Origin: Microthyrium microscopicum
Taxonomy: Eukaryota
Length of the DNA stretch: 64,000 nucleotides
Assembly (NCBI GenBank): GCA_010405405.1
Contig: MU004238.1
Location: 1,995,530-2,059,529 of the forward strand
Direction of reading: 5' to 3'
Positions 1-12,159 of this stretch are shown here, piece after piece. A model generated the notes under the pieces. That model saw nothing but the letters and a program-made list of their open reading frames with translations. It did not search any database and was not told the DNA's origin. The position numbers and the translations under genes are program-made. Every line of letters starts with the position of its first letter. The first letter of the stretch is position 1.

Positions 1-3000
1 TGCTTCAACTTCTCGACACTTGATGACTTGTCAGTGTGTCGATGAAATGAATTGAAATAATGAATAATATATGATGGGAGAAGAGAAGGGACAAACACAC
101 CCCATAAAAGGGGGGGAAAGGGCATGACATCCAATCATGCCAAGCAATCCACGGGCAACCCCGCTTACCTCCAACTCCTTTGAGAGATTCGCGGAGGCTA
201 TTCCGAGCCCATTATCAGAAGATATACTTCAGTACGGGTTACGGTCCTTTTTACATGAGCCTTGATAGGCTAGTGCGTCCTTCCTACATTTTCGAGTCGG
301 GGTCCTGGTCCAATGAACACCAGATAGATACATGAGCTTGCGTGGCCTTGGATGTTGGTAATCGATGCATCGATATGATGGAAGTAATAGTCGGTCCCAC
401 ACTGACGTCTGATAATTTTTCGAATGTTTTCCAGGCAAGGGAAAGCCTTGTTCTAACGACTGAATGACCACGGAATCCGAAGAGTATGATGATAGGCCTG
501 TAATGTAATTATCTAGTCCTAATGGCAGAACCTGGGGAAATCCGGGAAAGTTTGGCGTATCCAAAATGAATTCCGAATATTCTTGACTAAACAAAAACCA
601 AATCAATGCAACTAACTGGATGTCCTGAAGCCTTTATGTGATGCCCACCATAAAGAACAAGGCTTGTTGATCGCTTCTATGTTCATTGTGCGCCATGTTG
701 ACGGCTCAAAATGTCGGTCGCGGTGTTACAGCTCTGCCGACTATGCACTGACTACGCCGGCCCCAACTTTGTTTGCACTTCCATCGGCATACTTGAATAT
801 GGAGGGGAGTGGACAATAAGGTATCCCTTGTCCCCACGAGGCATTGCAGTAGCCAGGGGAAGCGCTCTTGGCACATGGTTCGTGTTCATGGTCAAGGCGG
901 AGTGAAGCTTTGGAGGCTTGTAACTATCACCGACTCACTGAATCATGAGTTGTTGGAAATGGAGAAAGTTAACTCATCCTGAGTCTAAAACAGATGCTTT
1001 CAAACCTGATATTCTTACTATCATACATTTTGGTACTATCATCAGTCAAGCGTTGCTGTAGAACGATGCTAAAACTTTGTGTATCCCGTACCTGCGGCCT
1101 TGAGTACATGATATTTCTGGAGTCGGGACGCGGACATTGACATGGGGAATACCACGAGGACCTACATAACTAGTCTAAGAAACTATGAAGCCACAATGTG
1201 ATGTTCAACGGCCATGGACGGTAATTTGGCTCTATGGCTGCAGACTAGACCTTCCATCGCGTTGTTGATCGTTTGATGAAGCAAGCCATGAACTGTTCCC
1301 AGATATTATTTTGGCTAGCAAGCCGGGAAACTTAGTGGCATGATGTAAGGTCGGTGAAATTTAAACACCGACTTTGCGACTTCAAAGCTCCAGTGCTGAA
1401 TACAAAAAGCCACTGCTCTGCTCTTGATGCCATACATAACTCTCGCAAACAACCGGTCTACCGAAATGGTTCCACAAGCAGCAATTCTCTGCTGGAGTCG
1501 TGCAACACATTCAAGCAGCTCGACTACTGGAAACTGGATAGAGGCCTGATGGATTCCAACCCCAAGATCGACACTGCAAGCATATCAGCATCCTATCGTA
1601 TTCAACATGTATCGATCAACTCCGGCATATTCAACGTCATGGAATGGAGCTAGCAATCAATCAATGCCAGGGAACACAGGAACTACTACAGAGCAAAGAT
1701 AGGAAAATACTGGATGCAAATCCTGGAGGTGGAATATGGAGAAAAGTCGCAGTGTTGCAAAGGTTTGATACAGAACATAACATGTACAAAACACCCGGTC
1801 CACTCGCCAAATGACCACATCCATCTTCGCTCGCAAGTTGAACTCGTCAAATTCCGTGGACATTGACCTTTTGAGAAGAGCCCTTCTTATTTCAAGATAA
1901 CCGGACAATAAACGCTTGCAACTACCACGGTCAATGCAGAGTGAGTTTGCAGGCGGACAAGTGAAGTTGAGTTGGAGTTGAGTCCGAAACCCCCAAGCCG
2001 AAGTCCGAAGCATAGACCGCCCAATTCCCCCTCTCTTACCCGGATCGAGGAACTCTTGAGCAGTGCTGCTTGTTTATATCTCGCCAAACTTATTTCCAAT
2101 TATTCTTGCTGACATGACAAACATTTTCCCTTCTGGGGTACAGTGCTTGGATTGTTCAATATTGTCAAGTATCTTATGCTTGATCAGCATTTAGTCCATT
2201 TGAGTTTCGGTTACTTGAGGATCGGACACCACTGCGACTCGCAATTCGCTTTCAATGCTGTGGGCTTGTGGCAGGCCAGCCGCCGACGCTGTCAACTTCA
2301 ACTCTCCGAGTCTTCCTGGCTCACACTGTGGTGCGACTCGCAAAGTGCACACAGACTAGCCCGGGTTCGCTGGCAGACCCAGCTGGCCACCGAACATTGG
2401 CAGAACCTTGAAGGAACTTGCGAGGAACGTCTCCAGAAAGTTGCCAGAACAAGAAAAGAAAGTTTTGGCGCATCGTCGGCTGGCGCGGCGCTTTAGGCGT
2501 GTGCAAAAAATGAGACCTCGAGCAGACCGCCGCGCGCAATCTAGGCGTTTAGCGAGATCCAAATAGCCCGATTGGTGTATCAAGTATCGTGAAATAGTGA
2601 AATCGTCCACCGTCGCAGAATTTCAGACAAGCTTCTTGCGCAAGTTGCACAGAGCACTCAAAAGGCGTGAAGGTGGGCCCGCCACAACACGCCATGGTGG
2701 CCGACTGCGAATCATGCAAATGCTGCCACTCATGTTGACCTGATTACCCCAGGCCTACCGTTGGCCACGTTGATTGCGGATAGAGCAACGCGTTTTAGTC
2801 TTGTGAAATTTGAAATATCAATGGAGTCGAACTTTCACTGTACTGAAAATACATCAATGATTCAAAGTTAGAGCCATACAGGCACCAGGTACCAGGCACC
2901 CTGCATTGGCGGGCCTTTGCTTGCAATTCCACCAAAAATTGGTGTATCTAGAAACAAGTATCAAAGCTTTAAATTACAATCGACTACTTCGGGATATTTA

Positions 3001-4169
3001 CTAGCGCAAGGGCATTTGGTTTTCGAACAGTGTTGAATCTTGATATCTGCAGTTTGCAACTCCATGTTTGAACTGCACTGCCAGTGTAAGCTCGCAAGCG
3101 TCTTTGGTAAGACCGCAATTGTCAGAAACGGTTTGCCTAAACTGCTTCAAACCCCAGCATTAGACGATACTTGGTCTATACTTGTGCTAAATCCAGGGCT
3201 TGAGCCTCTTTGATCTGTAAACTAGCCTGGGCCTGGCCTGGAAGAAACATGAACATCCAACGAAACACCTCCACAGGCACAGGGTTTCTGAACGACGCCT
3301 CTTACACGGTCCTCTCCGCGGTTTGCTCCATCTCTCTCTACCACACTGGCACACTTACCACCATGTCTGTGTACCGTGCGAATAGTGCCTAAACGTATTC
3401 TTTCGGCTCTTGCATTTCACGCCTAATTGCTTGCCCAAGGACTGTGTGCTACGAATGCTGTGGATACATGCATATCCATTGTAAGACTCGGCGCAGCTAA
3501 GCTGTATCTGTCTGGACTGTGTTTAATTCTTGGGCCACCAAGGCGACCTCTGAACCAAGTCTACCAAAGCAGAATCCGTGGAGACTGGAGCAAGATCAAG
3601 CAGCTCTCGCCCTATCGGACCAATTCTAGTCAAGCATGGCAACGCATGGCTCCTGCGAGGCTGAACAAGAGGCTGTATGCCAAGGATGCCTGACTTCTAA
3701 GCTACCGATACCTTTTTTTACTTCTCTCGTCAAGGTACCCGCCAGGTAACGGTGGGCAACACTCACAAACAATGCTTGTCGAAGCCTTTCCGCAAGCCCC
3801 AAATGTATTCCTATCCGTCTCTCTCTCTCTACAGATCTCATTCCCTGCGCAGAACGGGAGCAGCGGGGCCGAGTGTTGCAACCCGTGTGTCCTGAAACGG
3901 AAATCTCTCCAGCGCTGTCTGTAGCGATACCCTCTTCAGACATTGACTGCTGTGGCTCGGATGGCGTCTCCTGCTGGGTGGATGTTGGACACCACGCATC
4001 CTCGCCTAGGAGTACAATGGCTTGGATTGGTATTTAACATAGAGGCTTTCCCTCGTCCCTGTCAATTATCATCGCAACTTCCATTCGCATCTCATATACC
4101 CAGTTTACTTCTATACCCTTTAGTAACCACTTAACCTTTTCCACATCCCATCAACCTCTACACTTCACA

Positions 4170-5151
4170 ATGGCCGCCAACGGAATCTCTGCTAACCTCC
4201 CAAGCTGGAGCTTGGAAGGCAAGGTCGCCGTCGTCACTGGCTCTGGTAAGCTACCCCTATCACCACACACCAATTGCTTTGCCAACTAACGCGATTCACA
4301 GGCCGTGGTATCGGACGTGAAATGGCCCTCGAGCTCGCCCGCCGCGGAGCCGACATTGTCATCAACTACGCCAACAGCGCCGACGCCGCCAACAAGGTCG
4401 TCGAGCAAATCCAAGCCATGGGCCGCAAGTCCATCGCCATCAAGGCCAACGTTGCCAACGTCTCCGAGACAATCCACCTCTTTGCTGAGGCCAAGAAGAC
4501 CTTCCCCAAGCTCCACATTGTCTCCTCCAACTCTGGTGTTGTGTCCTTCGGCCATCTTAAGGATGTGACTGAGGAGGAATTTGACCGCGTGTTCGCTATC
4601 AACACCCGTGGCCAATTCTTCGTTGCGCGCGAGGCGTACAAGAACCTCGAAGTTGGTGGTCGTATCATCCTCATGGGATCCATCACTGGCCAGGCCAAGG
4701 GTGTGCCCAAGCACGCTGTGTACTCTGGTTCCAAAGGTGCCATTGAGACCTTCACTCGCTGCATGGCCATCGGTACGTTCCCTTCATCCTCCAGCTCGCC
4801 ATGAATCTTTTACTGACCGCACTTTCTAGACTGCGGAGACAAGAAGATCACCGTCAACTGCGTCGCCCCAGGTGGCATCAAGACCGACATGTACCACGCC
4901 GTGTGCAAGGAGTACATCCCCGGCGGTGAGAAGATGAACAACGACCAAGTCGACGAGTACGCCGCCACCTGGTCGCCACACAACCGTGTCGGTCAGCCAA
5001 TTGACGTTGCCCGTGTCGTCGCTTTCCTCGCCTCCCAAGATGGTGAATGGATCAACGGAAAGGTCATTGGCATTGGTAAGCTATCCAAACTCTCCCACTT
5101 TCCACCCTCATGTACTAACCATTTATCCCAGACGGTGCCGCCGCCATGTAA
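4170..5151 (+). CDS. THR1: 1,3,8-trihydroxynaphthalene reductase (DHN-melanin SDR), 4 exons
   Basis: Exons 4170-4245, 4302-4772, 4830-5075 and 5132-5151 with GT..CTRAC..AG introns. Spliced protein has [18 protein letters not shown] (Rossmann), YSGSK (catalytic YxxxK) and [18 protein letters not shown], typical of THR1/BRN1. Confidence 0.93.
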
Positions 5152-6222
5152 AAACCTTCCTCTCCACCACCCCCCAAAAACACACAAATATTGTATCATG
5201 CCCCCCACATCACATCATTTCCTAAATTGCCATTTTATGTTATCGCATTAGCGTTTTTGTTTTGTAAGCAGGGACGTCAGTTGGACGGAGGAAAACTAAA
5301 TCTAGAGGGGACAGAAGGGACCTCAGCGGGAAAGCATGATGGAGTACGGGTTTTTCTTGTAGAAGATTTTTTTCCAAAGCTATAGTTTCACGATCTTACA
5401 TTATAGAGTTACTAGCTAAAAATCTCAATACGAAGATAATAATAATAGTTCCATCGCATCACACACACAACCAAATTGTCCCCCTTTTCCATCAAAAGGT
5501 TCAGAAAGCCACTCTTATACTGATCACGAGTGGTTCGTTGTTTGTTGCTTGGGGCGGAAAAACTTAAGCTTCAATTGACCCATGGAAAGGATTTGAATCG
5601 AAGTACTCTAATGGAGCTGCGACTTGGCCTGCATTGCGAACGGATCTACCCGCAGTACGTTTGAGATTTCTGATCCTGGAGGCGTTCATGAGATTCAAAT
5701 TGCCCTATGAAACAGTTTTTGTGTAGTTTGGGTTTTAAAACTAGCCAACTTGTTCGACTGAGTATATAGTTACAAAACGATAGTGGCAAAACTGTCAAGT
5801 TTCAGTAATCGTTCGTTCCAGCTTTGGCAAAAATAGCGTAAGCTGTTCTAAGCTTTTCGCTGTTTGGTTATCGACAGGGTTGAAGTTGCGAAAAACATGC
5901 AGATGAGATGTTTGATGATTGGTTCATCGACAAGGCATGAATGGTGATCTATCAGGCTGTGTACCCAATACTGCAGGCAAAAGGTTCACGAAGATTGTCC
6001 TCTTTGCGAAGGGATACGACTCGTCAAATGATGGGTATAGAGAAAAATATATGATCGTAGCATGTGAAATTAATAAAAAAGAGTATCCTTGTTTAAAAGT
6101 ACATCCATCAAGAAATGGAACATTAATCCCGTTTCATTCGGCTCATAAGCCGACCGTCTCCTTGACCGTGTACTCAACCGAATCCTTCGTGGCATTCGTG
6201 GTCTGTGTATTAAACGTTCCTC

Positions 6223-7782
6223 TTATGCTACTTCAGCTACTCGCTGGTCTTCTCGTCCTCGTCGCTCGGAATTGCCCTTCTCGAGCTCAGCATCTAGGCC
6301 ACCGTCATGTTCGGCTGAGACGGCATCATCATCATGCTCATACTGGCTGTAGGAGTCGTGATCCATTGGTGCATCTTGGCCGGATAGATCAACGCCTTCC
6401 TGGTTGTGTCGAGCAGCACGGCGTTGAGAAAGAGTACGGGAGCGGACAGATAGTTTTGAAGAGACGGCAGCATTTTGAGGAACCCAGTTGGTGAGAGAGT
6501 CTTCGCAGTCTTGGATAATGCTATAGAATGTGTTAGCTATACGACTTTGCAAGATGATAAGATTGTACTTACGCTCGGCTGGCCTCATATCCATCGTAGC
6601 TATCCCGGGTTTCGCCAGGAGTCACAGGGGTATCATCGATAAGTTCAAGCAGGTGTTTACCATATCCAGCGATCATGGCTAGCTTTTCGCAATTTTCTTG
6701 AATAGCGTCAAACTGGTAGTTGAAAGCGCCCTTGATCTTTTCGCGAGTGATGTTGGATAGCTGAGCTTCGGCGACTAAAGATTCGGCTTCGGCGCGAACC
6801 AGCTCTTGCTCCAAAACTTCAATCTTTGGTGAGGTCGGCTCCTTGTACTTCAAGTGCGCGATCTGATCAGTGATTTTTTGTTTGCCTTTGTCAGATGTCA
6901 GCAATGTATCAAGTTCGGATGCGTTGGTCGCTTACGGTCTCGACTTGGTTGGACGGAGATTTCAATGTTGCGTATACTCTTCATGGTTACACGATATTGG
7001 TCATATCGATCAACATTCTGATCTTCTAATTCTCCTATTTCGTAGAGGAGGACTCCGAGTTTGTCTGTAATATCAGAGACGTCATCGTCTCCACTTTCTC
7101 CCCAGATAGATAGTTGTTGCTGTAAATGTTAGCCATGATGCAAAAAATGAATATGCATTACTTACAGCGACTTCCATTCTCTCACGAGCGACAAGTTCCA
7201 TACTTCTCATGAGATTCTTCTCCATCTTGACCAATTGAGTCAACTTCTTGGCAAGATCGGGCCCAAAGGCACCAGCGGTGCGGCTCCGAAAGGTGTGCCC
7301 TTAACATGATGTTAGCAAAGCAATTCATTGGGAAGTATGTATAAGATATGCAGTTGGGCGATTCATGGCGGGCAACAACATGTATTTCGAACTATCCTCC
7401 TGGGCATCAGTTTCTTCAGAGGCTTCCGACGCTGAAAAGACGAAGGCGAGCTAGATCGCATAACAGTTACAGGAGCAGGCGTCCATTGAACCGTCTCGTC
7501 GTTGCACGCAAGGGTGGTCTCGCTTCGTCGTAAACGGATGCCAGGAGTATCGCCAGCTTCGATTTCAGTGCCTGCTGAGGCAGTAGTCTGATAATGAGCA
7601 GCGGGAGGGGTATACTGCTGATTGCGCGCAAATGAATCGCCTAAGCTGGCGGGAGATGGCTCACCAAGGTTGCCCTTGCCAAAGATGCGATGCTGTTTAG
7701 TAGTAGAAGTTGGGGGAGGAGGGGTTTGAAGCTCGGATGCTGTTGGAGCGCGCGATGAGCGCATAGAGTATGTTCGATGCAT
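6223..7782 (-). CDS. pilB: Eisosome BAR-domain protein, Pil1/Lsp1 family (PilB-like), multi-exon
   Basis: Motifs MHRTYSMRSSRAPTAS, AGAFGPDLAKKLTQLVKMEKN, LEQELVRAEAESLVAEAQLSNITR and LIDDTPVTPGETR. First intron 7664-7300 plus several short introns. Confidence 0.9.
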
Positions 7783-9045
7783 GATGATAGATTGTATGGG
7801 GTGTTAGCAGGGAGATGTAAAGTGTGATGAGTATTCAAGGTTTAGAGAAGGGTCTGTGGAAGTTATTGTTGGTGTATGAAATGAAGAAGAGACTTGACAA
7901 CAAGAAGTTATGTTAATGGCAGATGCAGGGAAGTCTTAACGGAATGGGCGGAAGGAGCGATCAACAGAGAAAAGTGGTGGAGGAAGGCACAAAGGAGCAA
8001 AATGATTGATGAGGTCATGCACCGTTCGTTAGCGCCTGCCATCCAGCCGCGTGGAGTTGTGGATCGATCTTGCCTTTTACACTTACAGGTACCGTAGAAG
8101 AGAAATCCAAGGAAGAAGGAACCAGCCGGCCTGATCGATTCCGCTGTATCTTGGGATTCCATTGGCCGACGCATCATTGATACTAATTCTTTCAAAATCT
8201 AGCCCATCAAATATTGCGCTTGTTTACAAGTCACGATGTGGCCATTGCCGCATTGCGACCTTTTTCGGCTCGCTACTGTTGTGATGTCACTGCCCAAAAA
8301 CCCCTTAGACAAACAGGAACCTTTAGTACTGAATTCTCGCATGCTAAGAACATTGAGAGATGCGATTCCAAAAGCAAGTCTTACTCGACATACATGCCAA
8401 TATTCTAATGTAAAGTTGGAAATATCCAAGCTCTCAGCACACTCTGCTTGATATACTTTCTCTGCAAGATTCTCATGATGCTCTAGTGAGTGCCTCGAGC
8501 CGGGATACGAATCAGCGCATACAAAGCATTTAAACTATAGTGACTAAAACTTTACTCCTAGGTCGCTCAGAAGAACTGGCCGGTTTTGCTCATTGCTGCC
8601 CATTGGGAGTATCAAGGATTGGAGAAAATACTCTAAAGTATGACATGCTCTTGTAAGTTGTGCAATGTTGAGTACTCTACCTACCTACTCTCGAGTAAAC
8701 AGCTCCATAAACCATCCTCTTACTTACCTATAATCGTGGTTTGTGGAGATAATGACTCTGTTAAACGTGATATGATCCATAGTCTCCCACAATGGCAATG
8801 CGCTTCATGAAAATAGAGCATTCGATGCAAGTCAACGCTCTTGAACGCCAATTATTTTGCATCGGTTGATCAATCTGAGCCTCAGCCTGACGATCTGCAG
8901 CCAGATCACGCTAGTCCACAAATATCCTAGCTTCGTGAACCTTTTCCAATCTCAACTTTTTTCTAGAACTCCATAGTACACATCATCAATCACGACAATA
9001 AGTCTCAATGTCTGCCAACTCGATACGCCTCTTCTCCCTCCCATA

Positions 9046-11952
9046 ATGCAAGCCGCTCACCCTCACAAAGTCTGCTGGCTCTGCAAACACTCCCTCCGCC
9101 TCCGACCAAATAGCTCCGTCCTTCGCGCGCATACCCAACCGCAATCGCGTACTCTCCAACAACGAACCTACTCATCACAGTCATCCCCAGCACGATCATA
9201 CTCACCCCATGAAACCCAAGGCATCTACGACAAACCCCCCGAAGCCAACGAAGGTTTCCGCATTAGAAAGACCGCCACGGATGCACCACCTAAACATATC
9301 CACGAATCCGGCACCCCCGTGTCACGAGTATGTTCCCGATGTGGATCGCGCTGGCATACCGATATCGAATGTACACGCCCTCCAGGCCCTCGAAGGGGTG
9401 GAGCATCCAGTGATATGGGAAGCATACTCCAAAGTCAGGAGCGATTGAGCCAGCAGGTGTTGCCGGTGGCGAGAACGTGGAACGATAGAGGGAACTTGTC
9501 TGGAAAAGTTAGGGGGAGCTTTAGGGAGGCGGCTAGAGAGTCCTGGCGGACTTCTCAACATTCACAGGGCGGGGAACGGAGGGATTGGGCTCCGCCTCGT
9601 CAGCAATCACAAGCTGGCGGACAGAGGGATTGGGCTGGTGGAGATCATCGGGTACAACGCGGTTTTCGGAATCAAGAGCAGCAGAAGCTGACATGGAATG
9701 ATGATCGTTTGAGGAGTAGTGGCAAGAGACCGCCGCCTGAGCCTGTAGCGTTCAGTGGCTGGATGCCGAAAGAGAAGGTTGATGAGTTTAGGGAGCAGGA
9801 AATGCTTTCGGTGGCGGCTAAATCGGACTTGTCGAGTAAGATGGATGATATCAGAAGTCGGAAAAAGTCCAGTCCTGGGAAACGGGATCGGAGATTGGCA
9901 AGAGACGAAGACGAAGAAAGATTGGAGAAGCCAAAGGCACGCAGAGGGCGGCAAAAAGAAGACGAGGAAGATGATGGACGATCGTTTCGTCGGTCCAAGG
10001 AGGATTATCAAAAGGAGAAAGAAGAGCGCAAGCGACTTAGACTCGAGGCGGAACAAAAGGCAGCCCATCAGAAGCAGCAGCTCAAGATACCGCACTATAT
10101 CAGCAATTCCAACCTAGCGAAGCTACTCGATACCCGATGGACTCAATTCGTGGATAAGATGGAGCAACTTGGATTCAAAGAGCTCTCCCACGACAACATC
10201 TTGACTGCAGAAGATGCTAGTCTCATTGCCATGGAATTTGGCTACGAGCCCCAAGTCATCAGTGCTGCCGAGACTCTCATCGCCGCCCCTTGGCCTAAGG
10301 AACTCACCGACCTCCCCATTCGTCCCCCCGTTGTCACAATCATGGGCCACGTCGACCACGGCAAAACCACCATCCTAGACTATCTACGTAACTCATCCGT
10401 CGCCGCATCCGAGCACGGCGGCATCACGCAACATATTGGTGCCTTCAGCGTGCCCCTCTCCTCCGGTAAAACCATCACCTTCCTCGACACACCCGGCCAC
10501 GCCGCCTTCCTCTCCATGCGCCAGCGCGGCGCAACAGTCACCGACATCGTCGTCCTCGTCGTAGCCGCAGATGACGGCGTAATGCCGCAAACCATCGAAG
10601 CGATCAAGCACGCCAAAGCCGCTGACGTCCCCGTCATCGTCGCCATCAACAAAATCGACAAGGGCGAAGCAAATGCCACCCGCGTAAAAACCGATCTAGC
10701 CGCCCACGATATCGCGCTGGAAGATTTCGGCGGCGACGTCCCCGCTGTCGCAGTGTCCGGGAAGACGGGCCAAGGCATGTCCTCCCTCGAAGAAACAATC
10801 ATAACCCTCTCCGAAATCCTCGACCACCGCGCGCCATCCTCCGGCCCAGTAGAAGGTTGGATCCTCGAAGCCTCCACAAAACCCCACGGCCGCGTCGCAA
10901 CCCTCCTCGTACGCCGCGGTACCCTCACAGTAGGCACAATCGTCGTCGCAGGCACAGCATGGGCCCGCGTAAAAACAATCCACAATGAAGCCGGCACACT
11001 CCTCGACTCCGCCGGCCCTGGCACAGCCGTCGAAGTCGATGGCTGGCGCACCCTCCCCCAACCCGGCGATGAAGCCCTCGCCGCAAACGACGAACAACAC
11101 GCCGCAGTCGTCGTGCGCGCGCGAGAAGCCGTCGACGATACGGCGAAATTGGCACGCGACACCATGGCCATCAACGCCGCACGTCGCGCCCAGCGTGAAA
11201 CATTCTTGGCCGCTCAAGCAGCCAAGAAAGAACGCTACGTCTACTCCGAAGAAGCCTTCCGCTCAAAAACAGTCCAAGGCGCCTTCCGCGAAACCGCCGA
11301 CGCCGATGGCATTGCGCGCGCCCATTTCGTCGTCAAGGGCGATGTAGGCGGCAGTGTCGAAGCCGTCGTTGGACTCGTCTCTGGGCTCGGCAATAACCAG
11401 GTCCGTCCGCATATAGTGCGTGCGTCCGCGGGTGCAGTCAATGAAGGCGATATTGAACTTGCGGCAGCCGCCGGTGGTCGGATACTAGTATTCGGGATGA
11501 GTGTTGATGCCGAGATGCGTGGGCAAGCAGCGCGGATGGGTGTGGAGTTGGTGGAGACGAGGGTGATTTATCGTGTTGCGGAGGCGGTGAATGCTATTTT
11601 GGAGGGTTTGTTGCCTGCTGTGACGAAGACGAGGGTTACGGGCGAGGCGGTTGTGCAGGCTGTGTTCAACTATAATCTCAAGGGGAGTAAGATGCTGAAG
11701 GTTGCAGGATGCAGAGTGCGTAACGGCCTGGTTGCGAAAGGAAGTAAAGTCCGCGTGATTAGGGGTGTGGAGACGGTGTATGAGGGTGGTATCAACAGTT
11801 TGAAGAATGTGAAGAAGGAGGTTACGGAGATGAAGAAGGATACGGAGTGTGGAATGTCTTTTGAGAACTGGGAAGGCTTTGAGACTGGCGATAAGATTCA
11901 GTGCTATTCTGAATGGACGGAGCAGGTGAAGCTGGAGACTGTTACTCAGTAA
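9046..11952 (+). CDS. IFM1: Mitochondrial translation initiation factor IF-2
   Basis: 968-aa ORF with G-domain motifs GHVDHGKTT, GGITQHIGAF, DTPGHAAF and INKID, plus IF2 C-terminal domains (VKGDVGGSVEA, VAGCRV, ECGM). Confidence 0.95.
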   Translation: MQAAHPHKVCWLCKHSLRLRPNSSVLRAHTQPQSRTLQQRTYSSQSSPARSYSPHETQGIYDKPPEANEGFRIRKTATDAPPKHIHESGTPVSRVCSRCGSRWHTDIECTRPPGPRRGGASSDMGSILQSQERLSQQVLPVARTWNDRGNLSGKVRGSFREAARESWRTSQHSQGGERRDWAPPRQQSQAGGQRDWAGGDHRVQRGFRNQEQQKLTWNDDRLRSSGKRPPPEPVAFSGWMPKEKVDEFREQEMLSVAAKSDLSSKMDDIRSRKKSSPGKRDRRLARDEDEERLEKPKARRGRQKEDEEDDGRSFRRSKEDYQKEKEERKRLRLEAEQKAAHQKQQLKIPHYISNSNLAKLLDTRWTQFVDKMEQLGFKELSHDNILTAEDASLIAMEFGYEPQVISAAETLIAAPWPKELTDLPIRPPVVTIMGHVDHGKTTILDYLRNSSVAASEHGGITQHIGAFSVPLSSGKTITFLDTPGHAAFLSMRQRGATVTDIVVLVVAADDGVMPQTIEAIKHAKAADVPVIVAINKIDKGEANATRVKTDLAAHDIALEDFGGDVPAVAVSGKTGQGMSSLEETIITLSEILDHRAPSSGPVEGWILEASTKPHGRVATLLVRRGTLTVGTIVVAGTAWARVKTIHNEAGTLLDSAGPGTAVEVDGWRTLPQPGDEALAANDEQHAAVVVRAREAVDDTAKLARDTMAINAARRAQRETFLAAQAAKKERYVYSEEAFRSKTVQGAFRETADADGIARAHFVVKGDVGGSVEAVVGLVSGLGNNQVRPHIVRASAGAVNEGDIELAAAAGGRILVFGMSVDAEMRGQAARMGVELVETRVIYRVAEAVNAILEGLLPAVTKTRVTGEAVVQAVFNYNLKGSKMLKVAGCRVRNGLVAKGSKVRVIRGVETVYEGGINSLKNVKKEVTEMKKDTECGMSFENWEGFETGDKIQCYSEWTEQVKLETVTQ

Positions 11953-12159
11953 ATAGCGATTTGAGAAACAGGCATTGCATATATAGGCGTTTCGGATGAA
12001 CCATACTAGACATAGACGATACATCATTGTAGAACATATGTAGAATAATGTCAAATCTTGACTCTTAAGTTTCTGCTAGCCTATCTATAATAGAGTACAT
12101 AATGCCCATAACCAAGTAATGCATATGCTATCGTTATTTGTAGCCACTCAATCGTATAT

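Noticed and set aside
229..3943. Numerous 60-125 aa ORFs upstream of THR1
   Set aside because: No recognisable motifs or codon bias, many non-ATG starts, and no consistent splice model.
9607..12054. Long antisense ORFs over IFM1 (also over THR1, the AAA gene and the DUF3684 gene)
   Set aside because: Shadow ORFs produced by the codon bias of the real genes.
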